Part shown: in pieces, positions 47,099 to 57,038 of the stretch
Position numbering within the stretch: position 1 is the first letter of the stretch
How the letters are laid out: each line of letters opens with the position of its first letter
NCBI GenBank assembly: GCA_050951545.1
Contig: JBMNJG010000007.1
Location: forward strand, 256,001-320,000
Direction: 5' to 3'
DNA: 64,000 nt
Origin: Limnochordia bacterium
Lineage (GTDB): Bacteria; Bacillota; Limnochordia; DTU080
Notes under the pieces: model-generated
What the model saw: the letters and a program-made list of their open reading frames with translations, nothing else
Told to the model about the DNA's origin: nothing
Database searches by the model: none
Translations under genes and position numbers: made by a program

Positions 47099-48274
47099 GT
47101 GGAGTATACGATTCGCGTGCACAGTGGCAATCACCGGCGGCAAGGGACCCCAGTGCGTCTGGTGCTTCCTGAAGACATGGTGGGCAAGAAGATCACTTTG
47201 AAAGATCAGCGCACAGGACGTCAGGTCTGTTCGCAAGTGTTGCGCCAGGGTGATCAGGAGTACGTGTGCTGGCTGTTGGATGATCTGCTTGTGGGGGAGA
47301 CCAGGACCTATACGTTATCGTCTTGCGAGACAGCGACCTGCGCGAAAGCCCAGGCGTCGTGTTCCGGGGTGACACTCGAGGAAGAGGCTGAGTCTGTTCG
47401 CTTCCTGGTGGGCAAGGAGTTGGTTACTGCCTACAACTACAAGGATTACCGCAGACCGTATCTGTACCCTCTCATCGGCCCATTCGGTCACGGCGTAACG
47501 CGTGATTTCCCCATGAAGGAAGACACGCCAGATGAGTCCCACGACCATCCGCACCATAGGTCGGTCTTCACAGCCTTTGGCGATATCAGCGGTATTAACA
47601 ACTGGGCCAACGGCGGATCGATGCCTCTCGGAGCCATGGAGCATCAGGAGTTCACCGCCTTGGAGTCGGGCCCAGTGTGTGGTCGGCTTGAGGCTCGCAA
47701 CGTCTGGACAGGCCCAGAGGGTCCCATGGCAGACGAGGTGAGAGAGATTGTGCTGTTTTCCAGCGCACCCAGCTATCGGCTGTTCGAGTACCGGGTGTCA
47801 CTCACGGCGCGCGAAGACATAGTCTTCAACGATACCAAAGAGGGCGGTATCTTATCTGTTAGGGTGGCCAGTTCTATGGATGCCCGGCGAGGAGGCCGCA
47901 TTGAGAACGCGCAGGGCGGCGTCAACGAGGTAGAGGCTTGGGGCAAGCCGTCACCCTGGTGTGACTACTCTGGCATGGTCGAGGGCCATCAGGTGGGCAT
48001 CACGTTGATGGATCATCCGAGCAACTTCAGGCATCCTACGCCCTGGCACGTTCGCAACTACGGCCTTATGACGGCCAACTGCTTTGGTTTGTCTGAGTTT
48101 ACCAAGGGCCAAGTCAATGGGACTCATGAGATGTCAGCAGGTGACCAACTGAGCTTTACCTATAGGATCCTGGTGCACGCAGGCGATGCCAAAGCAGGTG
48201 AGGTCAGCCGCCATTTCGCCGATTTCGCCTATGCTCCTCAAGTGGAGCTGTTGCGAGACGGTAAACGGGTCTGA
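47099..48274 (+). CDS. DUF6807 ('PmoA'-named) family protein
   Basis: RPYLYPL, DHPHHRS, WCDYSG, DHPSN..PTPWHVRNYG. Confidence 0.75.
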   Translation: MEYTIRVHSGNHRRQGTPVRLVLPEDMVGKKITLKDQRTGRQVCSQVLRQGDQEYVCWLLDDLLVGETRTYTLSSCETATCAKAQASCSGVTLEEEAESVRFLVGKELVTAYNYKDYRRPYLYPLIGPFGHGVTRDFPMKEDTPDESHDHPHHRSVFTAFGDISGINNWANGGSMPLGAMEHQEFTALESGPVCGRLEARNVWTGPEGPMADEVREIVLFSSAPSYRLFEYRVSLTAREDIVFNDTKEGGILSVRVASSMDARRGGRIENAQGGVNEVEAWGKPSPWCDYSGMVEGHQVGITLMDHPSNFRHPTPWHVRNYGLMTANCFGLSEFTKGQVNGTHEMSAGDQLSFTYRILVHAGDAKAGEVSRHFADFAYAPQVELLRDGKRV

Positions 48275-49380
48275 GGCGACGATAGCAGGCTCTGGTAGAG
48301 TGAAGAGAGTTTAGTGAGCATACGCTCTTGTGTGAAGTGGGCTTCCACGCGCTGGCGGCCTGCTTCACCTAGGGCACGGCGACGTGCAGGGTCGGCAGCC
48401 AGATGGGCAACAGCTCCAGCGATCGCCTCCGCATGGCGCGCCGGGATGAGGTAGCCTGTTTGGCCATCCTCGACAATCTCAGGAATCCCTCCTACGTCTG
48501 TGGCCACCACTGCACAACGGGCAGCCATGGCCTCCAAGATGCTCAGGGGGGTTCCTTCACTATGTGAGGGAAGCACAAAAAGATCAGCAACCTGCAGCAG
48601 TTGCGCTACATCATGGCGGTACCCGAGGAAGCTTACGCTGGATGTGACTCCAAGTGAAGCAGCCAATGTAGTGAAGTGGGATCGGTCAGGACCATCTCCA
48701 ACAACGGCAAAACGCAGCCGAGGCTGCTCGTGCAGGAGATAGGCCGCCTGTATCAGATCTCCAATTCCTTTGGCAGCTAGCAGCCTGGCCACCGTAACGA
48801 CCAAGCAGTCGTCAGGCGACACCCCAAGGCTAGCCCGCGTAGCATCTCTTTCAGTCTGGCTGAGGCACTTACTCGGCGGCAGGGCTATACCGTTGGGAAT
48901 GGTGGCAATCCGTGCTGGTTCGACGAGCTTGCGCAAGCAGATGTCGCGTTCTTGCGCCTGTGACACCACCACGAGCGCGTCTACAGAGGTCAACGCCCAG
49001 TGTAGGAAGCTGTCGCGCCACCTGCTTCCGTGCTCAGGCAGGGCATTATGCAGCGTAACTACAGAGGGCAGGCTCTTGGAGGTTTGTCGGGCCAGGGCCG
49101 TGAGCAGCGCGGCCTTGAGACCATGGGTGTGCACGAGGTCGTACTGCCCACTGCGCATCAGTTTTTGCAGCCGCCAGCTGTTCAGGGCATCACGATGGGG
49201 TGTGATCTTGTCCGAAATCTCCAGGGGCACGTGAGCGACTCCTGCTGGGATCCACGTGCTCTTGGGCGCAGCCACTGTGACATGGTAGTCATCTGTGTTC
49301 AGCTGTGTGCAGAGGGCGCGCAAATGAGTGGCCATGCCCCCTGCGGCTGGACGTGCGACAAGCAATAGGCGGATGGGCAT
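48238..49380 (-). CDS. Glycosyltransferase family 4
   Basis: GGMATH, IPNGI, KGI, PSHSEGTPLSILEAMA, VGGIPE. Confidence 0.92.
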   Translation of the reverse strand: MPIRLLLVARPAAGGMATHLRALCTQLNTDDYHVTVAAPKSTWIPAGVAHVPLEISDKITPHRDALNSWRLQKLMRSGQYDLVHTHGLKAALLTALARQTSKSLPSVVTLHNALPEHGSRWRDSFLHWALTSVDALVVVSQAQERDICLRKLVEPARIATIPNGIALPPSKCLSQTERDATRASLGVSPDDCLVVTVARLLAAKGIGDLIQAAYLLHEQPRLRFAVVGDGPDRSHFTTLAASLGVTSSVSFLGYRHDVAQLLQVADLFVLPSHSEGTPLSILEAMAARCAVVATDVGGIPEIVEDGQTGYLIPARHAEAIAGAVAHLAADPARRRALGEAGRQRVEAHFTQERMLTKLSSLYQSLLSSPQTRLPSRNSST

Positions 49381-49392
49381 GGGTAGCACCTC

Positions 49393-50319
49393 TCAGTCGG
49401 GTGATGGATTATCTCTGGGGTCGAGATGCACGAAGGCTCTGCCTACTTCGGGTAGCTCTTCAAGTCTCTGCCGTATCTCGGTCTCGATGCGATGTCCATC
49501 CTCAACGCTTAGGTGTGGAGCTATCTCAGCGTGTAGCTCCACATGCAAGAGATCACCGACATAGTGCGCAAGCAGGTCGTTGGTGCTATGGACGCCGGGC
49601 ACCGAGAGCGCGACGTCTCGCAGGTGTGACAGCATGGCTGGCGAGGGCGCGCGACCCATCAGATAGCCAAGGTTCTCCAATCCCATGCGTACACCAGACC
49701 AGATGATCCATAGGCCAATGGCTATAGCCGCGAGGGCATCCCATCTGCCTCCAACCGAGAAGCCTAACAGGGCCACCGTGCTCGCCAGTATATCGTTGCG
49801 CGAGTCAATGAGACTGGCCTTGATTGCCAGACTGTGGCTCTTGGTCCATGCCCTGCGGTAGGCGACGACCAGGCCCAGCTTCGTAGCTATGGCGAACCCT
49901 AGCACCCCGTAGCCCAGGGGTGTAGCCTTAGACTCAGGCGAACTGAAAAGGCCGAGCGTTCCGTCTTTGAGCAGTGTGAAGCCTAACAGTGCCGCAAAGA
50001 CAGCGATAAGCATGCTTGCCAGAGGTTCGGCCCGTCGGTGCCCATAGGGGTGGTTCTCGTCTGGAGCCTTATCCTGGATGCCTATGCACACGGCGAGGGC
50101 AGCGTACGAGAAAACATCAAGAGCGGAGTTGAGAGCGTCCGACAGAATCGCCAGGCTTCCCGAGAGCGCCCACGCCCAGAACTTCGATCCGAATAGTGCC
50201 AGACTGATTAGCACAGCATACTGGCTCAGCCGCTTCTTCAGAGCGATACCATCTTGGTACGTCGACAACGATAACTCATCCTCACCTGTGGTCTTTGTAT
50301 TCCATTGCCGTTTGGTCAT
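49393..50319 (-). CDS. Cation diffusion facilitator (FieF-like)
   Basis: SDALNSALD, HPYGHRRAE, DSRND, HVELH, FVHLDP; start uncertain (50268 possible). Confidence 0.88.
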   Translation of the reverse strand: MTKRQWNTKTTGEDELSLSTYQDGIALKKRLSQYAVLISLALFGSKFWAWALSGSLAILSDALNSALDVFSYAALAVCIGIQDKAPDENHPYGHRRAEPLASMLIAVFAALLGFTLLKDGTLGLFSSPESKATPLGYGVLGFAIATKLGLVVAYRRAWTKSHSLAIKASLIDSRNDILASTVALLGFSVGGRWDALAAIAIGLWIIWSGVRMGLENLGYLMGRAPSPAMLSHLRDVALSVPGVHSTNDLLAHYVGDLLHVELHAEIAPHLSVEDGHRIETEIRQRLEELPEVGRAFVHLDPRDNPSPD

Positions 50320-50397
50320 TATGCGTGAGCAGGAATGCCCTGCGTGAGGTCGAATGATGCTAATCCGGCATTCAGCCTTCTTGGTGAGGTGATGAAC

Positions 50398-50820
50398 ATG
50401 GGGCAAGAGAGGCTAACGCGGTTTGGGGTTAGCATGCCAGCGGATCTGTTGGACCAGTTCGACGAGATGCTGGTAACACGTGGGTACAACAGCAGATCCG
50501 AGGCGCTACGAGACCTCGTCCGTCGTGAGCTGGTCGAGCAGAAATGGGAGGCGAGCGCGGTCCATGTGACTGGCATCCTGACCATTGTCTATGACCACGG
50601 CGCTGGCGTGGCGGATGCTCTAGGCTCAATGCAACATGCTCATCATCAGGAGATTGTCTGCACGATGCATGTCCATCTCGATGCGCATAGATGCATGGAG
50701 GTGATCGTTTTGCGCGGCAGGGCGCAGCAGGTGAAGGCGATCGCCGCTCATCTTGTCAGCATCCGCGGAGTACATCACGGTCGATTGGTGGCCGCCGCTA
50801 TTGACGAGGATGTCTCGTGA
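50398..50820 (+). CDS. nikR: Nickel-responsive regulator NikR
   Basis: RFGVS..RSEALRDLVR ribbon-helix-helix; QH...HVHLDAHRCMEV nickel ligands. Confidence 0.92.
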   Translation: MGQERLTRFGVSMPADLLDQFDEMLVTRGYNSRSEALRDLVRRELVEQKWEASAVHVTGILTIVYDHGAGVADALGSMQHAHHQEIVCTMHVHLDAHRCMEVIVLRGRAQQVKAIAAHLVSIRGVHHGRLVAAAIDEDVS

Positions 50821-51695
50821 CGGTTGGGGTCGTGACGGGCTGTAGCCGCCAAGACGGCGCCAGTCACGACTGCTAGGCCACCAAGAAGTTGAAGGGCGCT
50901 CAGCCGCTCGCCGAGCAAGAGAGCTGATAGACAGACAGTGACCAGGGGCTCAGTGGTGCTGAGAATGGCTGCCTGAGTTGAGCCCACCAGCTCCAGGCCA
51001 CGGAAGAAGGCGAGCATGGCCATCACTGTGGAGAACACGGCAATGCCTAGAATAGCCAGCCAGCTCTGTATGGAGATCGAGAAATGGAGATCACCAGTGA
51101 CGAGGCTGACGAGCAGTAGAGATGCGGCAGCGAACAAGGCGACGTAAGCACTGGTGACGATGGAGGGCAACTGCTTTACCACGCGGTTGCCTATCACTAT
51201 GTAGCACGAGTAGACTATGGCGGCCGAAAGCGCGAAAAGCACGCCTTTGATGTTGACCGCCTCACCAGAGACCCCCAGCATCAGAAAAACACCGCCCAAA
51301 GAGATGACGATCGCTGTGATCGAGCGAGCTCCAATCGGTTCGTTTTCTACAATGAACGATAGAACAGCCACCATGATCGGGTAGGTGTAAAGGATCAGAG
51401 CTGCTAGCGACGGCGAGATGAAACGTACTGCCGTCAGATAGGTAGTCGACTGAAGCATATAGAGGACGCCCCCCAGCAGTACCAGACTAAAAACCTGCTT
51501 ACGGGTGAGCGAGATCTGGCGCTCTTGCAGGGCGACACAGACGAAGAATACAGCCGCAGTGATAATGAAGCGGCAAGACAAGACTGTGCCGACCGTGGCA
51601 CCGCCTTCGTAGGCGTATAGGGCCAGCAGAGGCATCAGACCAAAGCCAAAAGCAGAGACGGCGATCAGCAAAGCACCAAGATAGCGTTTGGACAC
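50775..51695 (-). CDS. DMT/EamA family transporter
   Basis: About 10 TM in a duplicated EamA architecture; YTYP, EPLVT, GERL. Confidence 0.9.
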   Translation of the reverse strand: MSKRYLGALLIAVSAFGFGLMPLLALYAYEGGATVGTVLSCRFIITAAVFFVCVALQERQISLTRKQVFSLVLLGGVLYMLQSTTYLTAVRFISPSLAALILYTYPIMVAVLSFIVENEPIGARSITAIVISLGGVFLMLGVSGEAVNIKGVLFALSAAIVYSCYIVIGNRVVKQLPSIVTSAYVALFAAASLLLVSLVTGDLHFSISIQSWLAILGIAVFSTVMAMLAFFRGLELVGSTQAAILSTTEPLVTVCLSALLLGERLSALQLLGGLAVVTGAVLAATARHDPNRHETSSSIAAATNRP

Positions 51696-51810
51696 ACGAC
51701 TCACCTTGCTTCTATGTCTGGCGTCTTGTAGGCGCCGTGATTGGGATATCTTCTCTGTCATTCGGCGTCGACCCTTCAGCCTTTACGGTGACGGCCTTGT
51801 TCGCTTACAC

Positions 51811-51842
51811 AAAGAAGCCGCCGGGTGTGTGCCCGGCGGCTA
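51811..51842 (-). terminator. Rho-independent terminator of the small ORF
   Basis: AGCCGCCGGG-CACACA-CCCGGCGGCT-TCTTT on the minus strand. Confidence 0.8.
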
Positions 51843-51845
51843 ACC

Positions 51846-51947
51846 TTAGTCGTTTTCTAGCATCAAGATCAGTAAGATCACTAGAATGATCACCAGCAGA
51901 TCATCGTCGAACAGGCAACGGAGCCGGTGTCCCAGTCCACCGGACAT
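51846..51947 (-). CDS. 33-aa single-pass membrane peptide (not in the ORF track)
   Basis: RBS GGGAGGTGA, ATG, MSGGLGHRLRCLFDDDLLVIILVILLILMLEND*, own terminator. Confidence 0.75.
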   Translation of the reverse strand: MSGGLGHRLRCLFDDDLLVIILVILLILMLEND

Positions 51948-52028
51948 ATGCTCACCTCCCGAGCTCGCGCGTCTGCCAATAGGATACGACAGACGGAGAG
52001 TAGGGGGACTAGGAGCAAGCTCCTGTTG

Positions 52029-53126
52029 CTAGATCTCGGGGATATCGATGTCGACTTCGCGACCGCTTGCGGCCGAGCGCAAAATGCCGTCAATGATAGC
52101 CTGATTACGCACAATCTGTTCGCCGGGTATGGGGGCTGGTTTGCCCTCTTTCGCCGCTAGTACAAAAGCGCGCACTTTCTCCGTAAAGATGTTGAGAGAA
52201 CCCCGGGGCTTTAGGGAGAAGGGGGCATCGGTCTGGTGCCCCAATAGGTCATAGTACAGCGTCATAGAACCAATGCCCCCGTCCCAGACACCACCCCAGT
52301 TGCCAATGCCGCTGGGGGTGCACTTCAATGCCGCTTCTGTTCCCAAAAAGAAGGCAGCACCCATGCTATCGAGGTGCATGGCCCACGAGGTCTGGAACAG
52401 AAGAACGATATCGCCTTCTAGACGAACATAGGCCGTACCAAAGTCCTCGACTTCGAATTCGTCCGGGTCATGTCCACCGTTGTACTTGCGTGATTTGCCG
52501 AAGTAGTTCGTCGCCTGAGCAGATACAGTAAGTGGCTTCGGGTAGTCCAAGGCGTTGAGTGCCATATCCAAAGCGTAGCAGCCGATGTCGGCAATGGCGC
52601 CAAAACCAGCCGTTTCCTTATTCACAAAGCTCCCCCAAGGCATGCCCCGACGACGCCCACCACCAGTTTCGATATAGTAAACTTTGCCCAGAACACCCGA
52701 TTGCACAATGCGTTTCATCTCTTGCATGTTCGGGTCGTAGCGGGGTTGGAAGCCGATGGAGAGGATGCACTCCGCTTTCTTGGCGGCCTGGGCCATCTCT
52801 ACCGCTTGCTCAAGGGTCACACTCATCGGTTTCTCACACAAGACATGAAGCCCAGCGGTCAAGGCGTCAACTGAGATAAAGCTGTGCGATGCATTGGGCG
52901 TGGAGATACTCACCGCATCGAGAGAACACTTGTCGATCATGTCGCGGTAGTCAGTGAAGCATTTGGCTTCTGGGAAGCTCTGTTGCTGTCCGAAGGCTGC
53001 TGCTTTGCCAGGAACGATGTCGCAGAGGGCGACGACATCAGCTTCGGGAATGTCATGGTACGCTCGGGCATACGAACGGGCGATATTACCAGTGCCGACT
53101 ATACCGATTCGTAGGCGCTCAGACAT
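52029..53126 (-). CDS. Gfo/Idh/MocA oxidoreductase
   Basis: GTGNIA, HVLCEKP, GAIADIGCYALD. Confidence 0.9.
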   Translation of the reverse strand: MSERLRIGIVGTGNIARSYARAYHDIPEADVVALCDIVPGKAAAFGQQQSFPEAKCFTDYRDMIDKCSLDAVSISTPNASHSFISVDALTAGLHVLCEKPMSVTLEQAVEMAQAAKKAECILSIGFQPRYDPNMQEMKRIVQSGVLGKVYYIETGGGRRRGMPWGSFVNKETAGFGAIADIGCYALDMALNALDYPKPLTVSAQATNYFGKSRKYNGGHDPDEFEVEDFGTAYVRLEGDIVLLFQTSWAMHLDSMGAAFFLGTEAALKCTPSGIGNWGGVWDGGIGSMTLYYDLLGHQTDAPFSLKPRGSLNIFTEKVRAFVLAAKEGKPAPIPGEQIVRNQAIIDGILRSAASGREVDIDIPEI

Positions 53127-53170
53127 TGTCTCGCGCTCCTTTCAGCGGGGCGTGCCGACCCTACCCCATC

Positions 53171-54226
53171 TTATCTTGAGTAACATCCTATCTTGAGCCC
53201 TTCATCCACCATGGCCAAGAAGTTGCGCACGGGAACGTAGTTGGCTACGGTGTTACCCGTACCCAGAGCGTAGCCACCGCCGGGCATACAGACCGCAAGA
53301 ACCTCACGCACACGTTGGCGGACTTCGTCTTCAGAAGCACGGCAAAGGAAATCAAGATCGATGCCTCCCAAGGCAGCCATCCGGTCTCCGTAAGCTTTCT
53401 TGAAGCAAGTCACTGGCTGAACCTGATCTTCGAAGGAATGCTTGGCATCGATGCCGCAGACGATTAGGTCCTCCATGATCTCCTTCAGGTTGCCGCAGGA
53501 GTGCAGGATGACGGGCTTGTCATGCGCGTGAGCGATGTCGCAGTAGCGTTTATACCAAGGAAACACGTGGGTCCGCAACACGTCGGGAGAGAACATGGTC
53601 GCGGTCTTGAACCCTAGGTCGTCACTGATCACCAGAGCTCCGACGCTGTTCATCGGAGCGCAGGAGGCATAGGCCTTTTCGTAGCTGGAACCTACCGCCG
53701 CGAAGACGGCTGTCACTAGATCAGGGTCGTCGTAGAGGGCGAGGGCGAGCCTCTCATAGCCCATCAGGCCCATCGCGTCCTCCAGTACATGACCACCGTG
53801 GACGACGACCCTCATTCCTTCGGGACATGCTTTGGCAGTACGCTCGATAGCCGAATAGTCGAAGTCGCGGGGATTGGGCCAGCGGTAGTTTTCATAGTCC
53901 TCCCAGCCCTTGATGCAGCCCATGCCAGCGACGCGGAAGGATCTTGGCGATTGGCTCAAAGCAGCGGTGTCCTCTGCCGACATGAATCCGGTAGTAGGGT
54001 GTTCACAGCCAAGGACTCGCGATTGGACGTAGTCGTAACCCATGCGAATCTGATAGGCGACCAGATCACTTTCGTCACGGATGGCGTGGCCCATGATGGC
54101 GGCCATGATGGGGGGATCAGCGAACAGCTCATATAGCGGGACGCGATCAGGCTCTCCCTGGCGCAAGAGCACTTTTCGCAATCGGGAGAAGTCGGGTGTG
54201 TTGCTGGTCGAACCCAAATTCCTCAC
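53171..54226 (-). CDS. Uroporphyrinogen decarboxylase/MtaA-like family protein
   Basis: PDRVP, SDDLGF, LHSCG, GGID, GGYALGTGN. Confidence 0.85.
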   Translation of the reverse strand: MRNLGSTSNTPDFSRLRKVLLRQGEPDRVPLYELFADPPIMAAIMGHAIRDESDLVAYQIRMGYDYVQSRVLGCEHPTTGFMSAEDTAALSQSPRSFRVAGMGCIKGWEDYENYRWPNPRDFDYSAIERTAKACPEGMRVVVHGGHVLEDAMGLMGYERLALALYDDPDLVTAVFAAVGSSYEKAYASCAPMNSVGALVISDDLGFKTATMFSPDVLRTHVFPWYKRYCDIAHAHDKPVILHSCGNLKEIMEDLIVCGIDAKHSFEDQVQPVTCFKKAYGDRMAALGGIDLDFLCRASEDEVRQRVREVLAVCMPGGGYALGTGNTVANYVPVRNFLAMVDEGLKIGCYSR

Positions 54227-54362
54227 CCCTTAGGGTACACTCATGGGCAGGAGTTCCTCGTAGTCTGAAGAGCTCCTGCTATTTGCCCGCCAGGGAATGA
54301 AGGTTCTCCTGTCGAAACGACCTGATATCATAGAAAGACGCGAGATCAGGAGGTGTTGCCGG

Positions 54363-54908
54363 TTGGATCAGCGACCGCAGCTGCGTATGAGGCACGATGA
54401 TCTTAACAGCCTGGCCCCCCTGGAAGCTCCTGCTGGGTACCGAATGCGGCGCTTTGCAGCTGGGGATGAGCGAATCTGGGTAGCTCTGCTACAGGAAAAC
54501 GGCGAGCTAGGGGAATGGAATCTAGAGAGGGCAGAGCGGCTATTCACCGCCAGGAAAGGGGCCGTATGGCGGGAAAGCATTCATTTTATCGTTCATGGGC
54601 AGCGCCCAGTAGCCACAGCGTGTGTGCAGTTGCATGCGGACTCACCCGGCGCTCCGGAACTGGGTTGGGTGGCCGTGTCGCCTGATTGCCGACGGCAAGG
54701 GCTAGGCCGGTCTATATGCCTCGCAGTTCTGCATTTCATGCGTGAGCAGGGCTACTTGCGCTGCTTCTTGCGCACCGACGATCGACGCCTACCAGCGATA
54801 AAGACCTACATTAGACTGGGCTTTGTCCCAGACATGGAGTACCACAGCAGCTTTCCTGCTCGCTGGCAGGCGGTGTGGGCTGCGCTTGAACGAGAGTCGG
54901 GTGCTTGA
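54363..54908 (+). CDS. GNAT acetyltransferase
   Basis: TTG after GGAGGTG; WVAVSPDCRRQGLG, AIKTYIRLGF. Confidence 0.85.
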   Translation: MDQRPQLRMRHDDLNSLAPLEAPAGYRMRRFAAGDERIWVALLQENGELGEWNLERAERLFTARKGAVWRESIHFIVHGQRPVATACVQLHADSPGAPELGWVAVSPDCRRQGLGRSICLAVLHFMREQGYLRCFLRTDDRRLPAIKTYIRLGFVPDMEYHSSFPARWQAVWAALERESGA

Positions 54909-54914
54909 TGCTTT

Positions 54915-55565
54915 CTACAAGCCCATGATCTCGACGCTCACGCCAGACGCTTTCATAAGTCCGGCGAACTCTTGGCGATCCTTCGGCGTTGTGTGATAGG
55001 CAAGCACTTTGCTTGGCGAAAAGCTTCGCACTGCTTGCACAGCCTCTTGCGGCGACATCGTATAGGGCAGCATCAGAGGGATAATAGCTAGATCAATCCT
55101 CTGCAGTTTGCTCATTTCGGGGATGAACTCCGTATCACCAGCGATATAGACTCGGTGATCATCAAAGGTGGCCACATAGCCGTTGCCCAGACCCTTGGGG
55201 TGGAACTTCACGCCGGGTGATCTTTCGCGTACAGCGTTGTAGGCAGGGACAGCTTTGATGTGGATGCCATCTATGGTGAGCTGATCGCCATTGCGCATCA
55301 CATTGATCTGGGCAGGGGCGCCGAGCTGATCGACAGCGGTAGGTGGCGCAACGAACTGTGTGGTGGGCTGTCGGACAAGGTCCAGGGCTGTGCGATCGAG
55401 ATGGTCGAAGTGCTCGTGGGTAATCCAGATCTGATCAGCTTTGGGAAGTGTGGCGTAATCTGCAGCTTCGCTATAGGGATCTACGTGTATGATGCGACTG
55501 GCATATTCGATCATGAGGGAACCGTGTCCCACGGGGGTGATAGTCACAGGTCCTATCTCTATCAT
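54915..55565 (-). CDS. MBL-fold metallo-hydrolase (UlaG-like)
   Basis: GHGS, VDP, THEHFDH, YIAGDT, PYTM. Confidence 0.88.
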   Translation of the reverse strand: MIEIGPVTITPVGHGSLMIEYASRIIHVDPYSEAADYATLPKADQIWITHEHFDHLDRTALDLVRQPTTQFVAPPTAVDQLGAPAQINVMRNGDQLTIDGIHIKAVPAYNAVRERSPGVKFHPKGLGNGYVATFDDHRVYIAGDTEFIPEMSKLQRIDLAIIPLMLPYTMSPQEAVQAVRSFSPSKVLAYHTTPKDRQEFAGLMKASGVSVEIMGL

Positions 55566-55638
55566 GGGGCGAACCTCCTGTTATAGATGCCTTTCGCTTT
55601 CTGCTTCTCGCACAGAGGACAAGGGGCCTGCTCTCCAA

Positions 55639-56832
55639 TCAGCGTATTGAAAGCTCATCGTCACTATAGGTGTTGAGTCCTATCTGACAGTCTACCCCGG
55701 GCGCGATCTCAACTCTCTCGCCGCCCCGCAGCTGGCTAGTGAAGATAGCCAGCGATGTGGCATCGGGTCCGGCCACGACTTGTCTCTTGCCTGAGGCTAG
55801 AAAGCGGGAGTCGCTGATAGTCAGACTACCCTGATCAAGTCTGATGGCAGGGTGATCTTCACAGTCGTGATCCCAGCTGTGGAAGTCACAGGCTGCGAAA
55901 ACGCTTGGGCATCTGCCCTGCAAAACCGCCACAGATTGAACAGGCGGAGCGACCCCGAAGCTACATTCGGAGAATCGTACAGGACCACTGTTTTTTGGCC
56001 CGATCTCAATGCCGCCGTTGAAACTGCCGCGTCTGAAGGATACGCCCGCAGGCTCGTGCACGTGCTCAATGCGGACTGCCGACCGACACTCTGAGCTGCA
56101 TTGCGTAAACAGGGCATTGCTGGGGCCACCAGTGCCAGCACCGAAAAGAAAGCCGATGCGGTAGGCAGTGGCACTGCAGTTGCTGACGTACTCCCAGTCA
56201 CAGTCCTTGATATCAAAGGCGATTCCGAGTTCCCGCATAGAATGCAGGACTGGCTCTGAATGCTGCCAGTGTGGGCCAAACTGCACACCTTCTAGCTTGC
56301 CCATCTCCGCACCCTGGCCAATACGCAGGCCGCGATAGAGGGGTTGCCCGCGGATGTTTCGTACATGGTGGCGTGAGGCAGCATGACCATCCAGATCAAT
56401 GGCCTGATAGGCGTTGGTAATATGCAGATCAAGGATGCCTGCATGCGTGCCGGCTACTCGAATAGTCCAGGGGTAGGGGACAACACGATCCGCTCGCTGC
56501 TGGGGATAGTGAATGGTCACACTTCGCAGGCAGCTACTGGCCTCCAGAGTGATCAGGGGTTCGCCGTCAGGGTGACCTTCGCCATCTTCAGCCAATAGCA
56601 GAGTAGCTCGAGGCGACGAGCTCGATGATTCGCCTACCAGGGCCACGCCTCGGGGGACCCGCAGGGGTGAGTTGATGCGGTAGGTACCCGCAGGAATATG
56701 GACGAAGCCCCTACCACGATCGGCAGCTTTCTCCAGGGTCCGGTTGAAGGCTGGTGCATCGTCTGTGACACCATCACCAGTGGCGCCGAAGCGACGGGGA
56801 CACAGACTTCGTGCCTTCGCCTGCCATGTCAT
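55639..56832 (-). CDS. Pectin-lyase-like beta-helix protein (GH28-related/pectate_lyase_3)
   Basis: FGATGDGVTDDAPAF, IPAGTYRI; no signal peptide. Confidence 0.75.
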   Translation of the reverse strand: MTWQAKARSLCPRRFGATGDGVTDDAPAFNRTLEKAADRGRGFVHIPAGTYRINSPLRVPRGVALVGESSSSSPRATLLLAEDGEGHPDGEPLITLEASSCLRSVTIHYPQQRADRVVPYPWTIRVAGTHAGILDLHITNAYQAIDLDGHAASRHHVRNIRGQPLYRGLRIGQGAEMGKLEGVQFGPHWQHSEPVLHSMRELGIAFDIKDCDWEYVSNCSATAYRIGFLFGAGTGGPSNALFTQCSSECRSAVRIEHVHEPAGVSFRRGSFNGGIEIGPKNSGPVRFSECSFGVAPPVQSVAVLQGRCPSVFAACDFHSWDHDCEDHPAIRLDQGSLTISDSRFLASGKRQVVAGPDATSLAIFTSQLRGGERVEIAPGVDCQIGLNTYSDDELSIR

Positions 56833-57038
56833 CCTTCCTGGTAGTCGCCGAGACACGCTGACCCTCCATTTCCTCACGGTGCTGATAGTAACATATACGA
56901 TCTGCTATGCTGCATTCCCTGTTACTTGTGGTACCTTACTGCAGGCGATGCGAAGCGGGTCGTATTAGAGCAGGAAAGCCGATTCCTGACGTGAACACTG
57001 TCAATAGTATCCAAGAGAGGAAGCAAGAGGGAGGCACG

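Noticed and set aside
47099-48274. Methane monooxygenase subunit
   Set aside because: 'PmoA' is a misleading family label; the protein is soluble-looking, sits in a sugar context and has no pmoB or pmoC.
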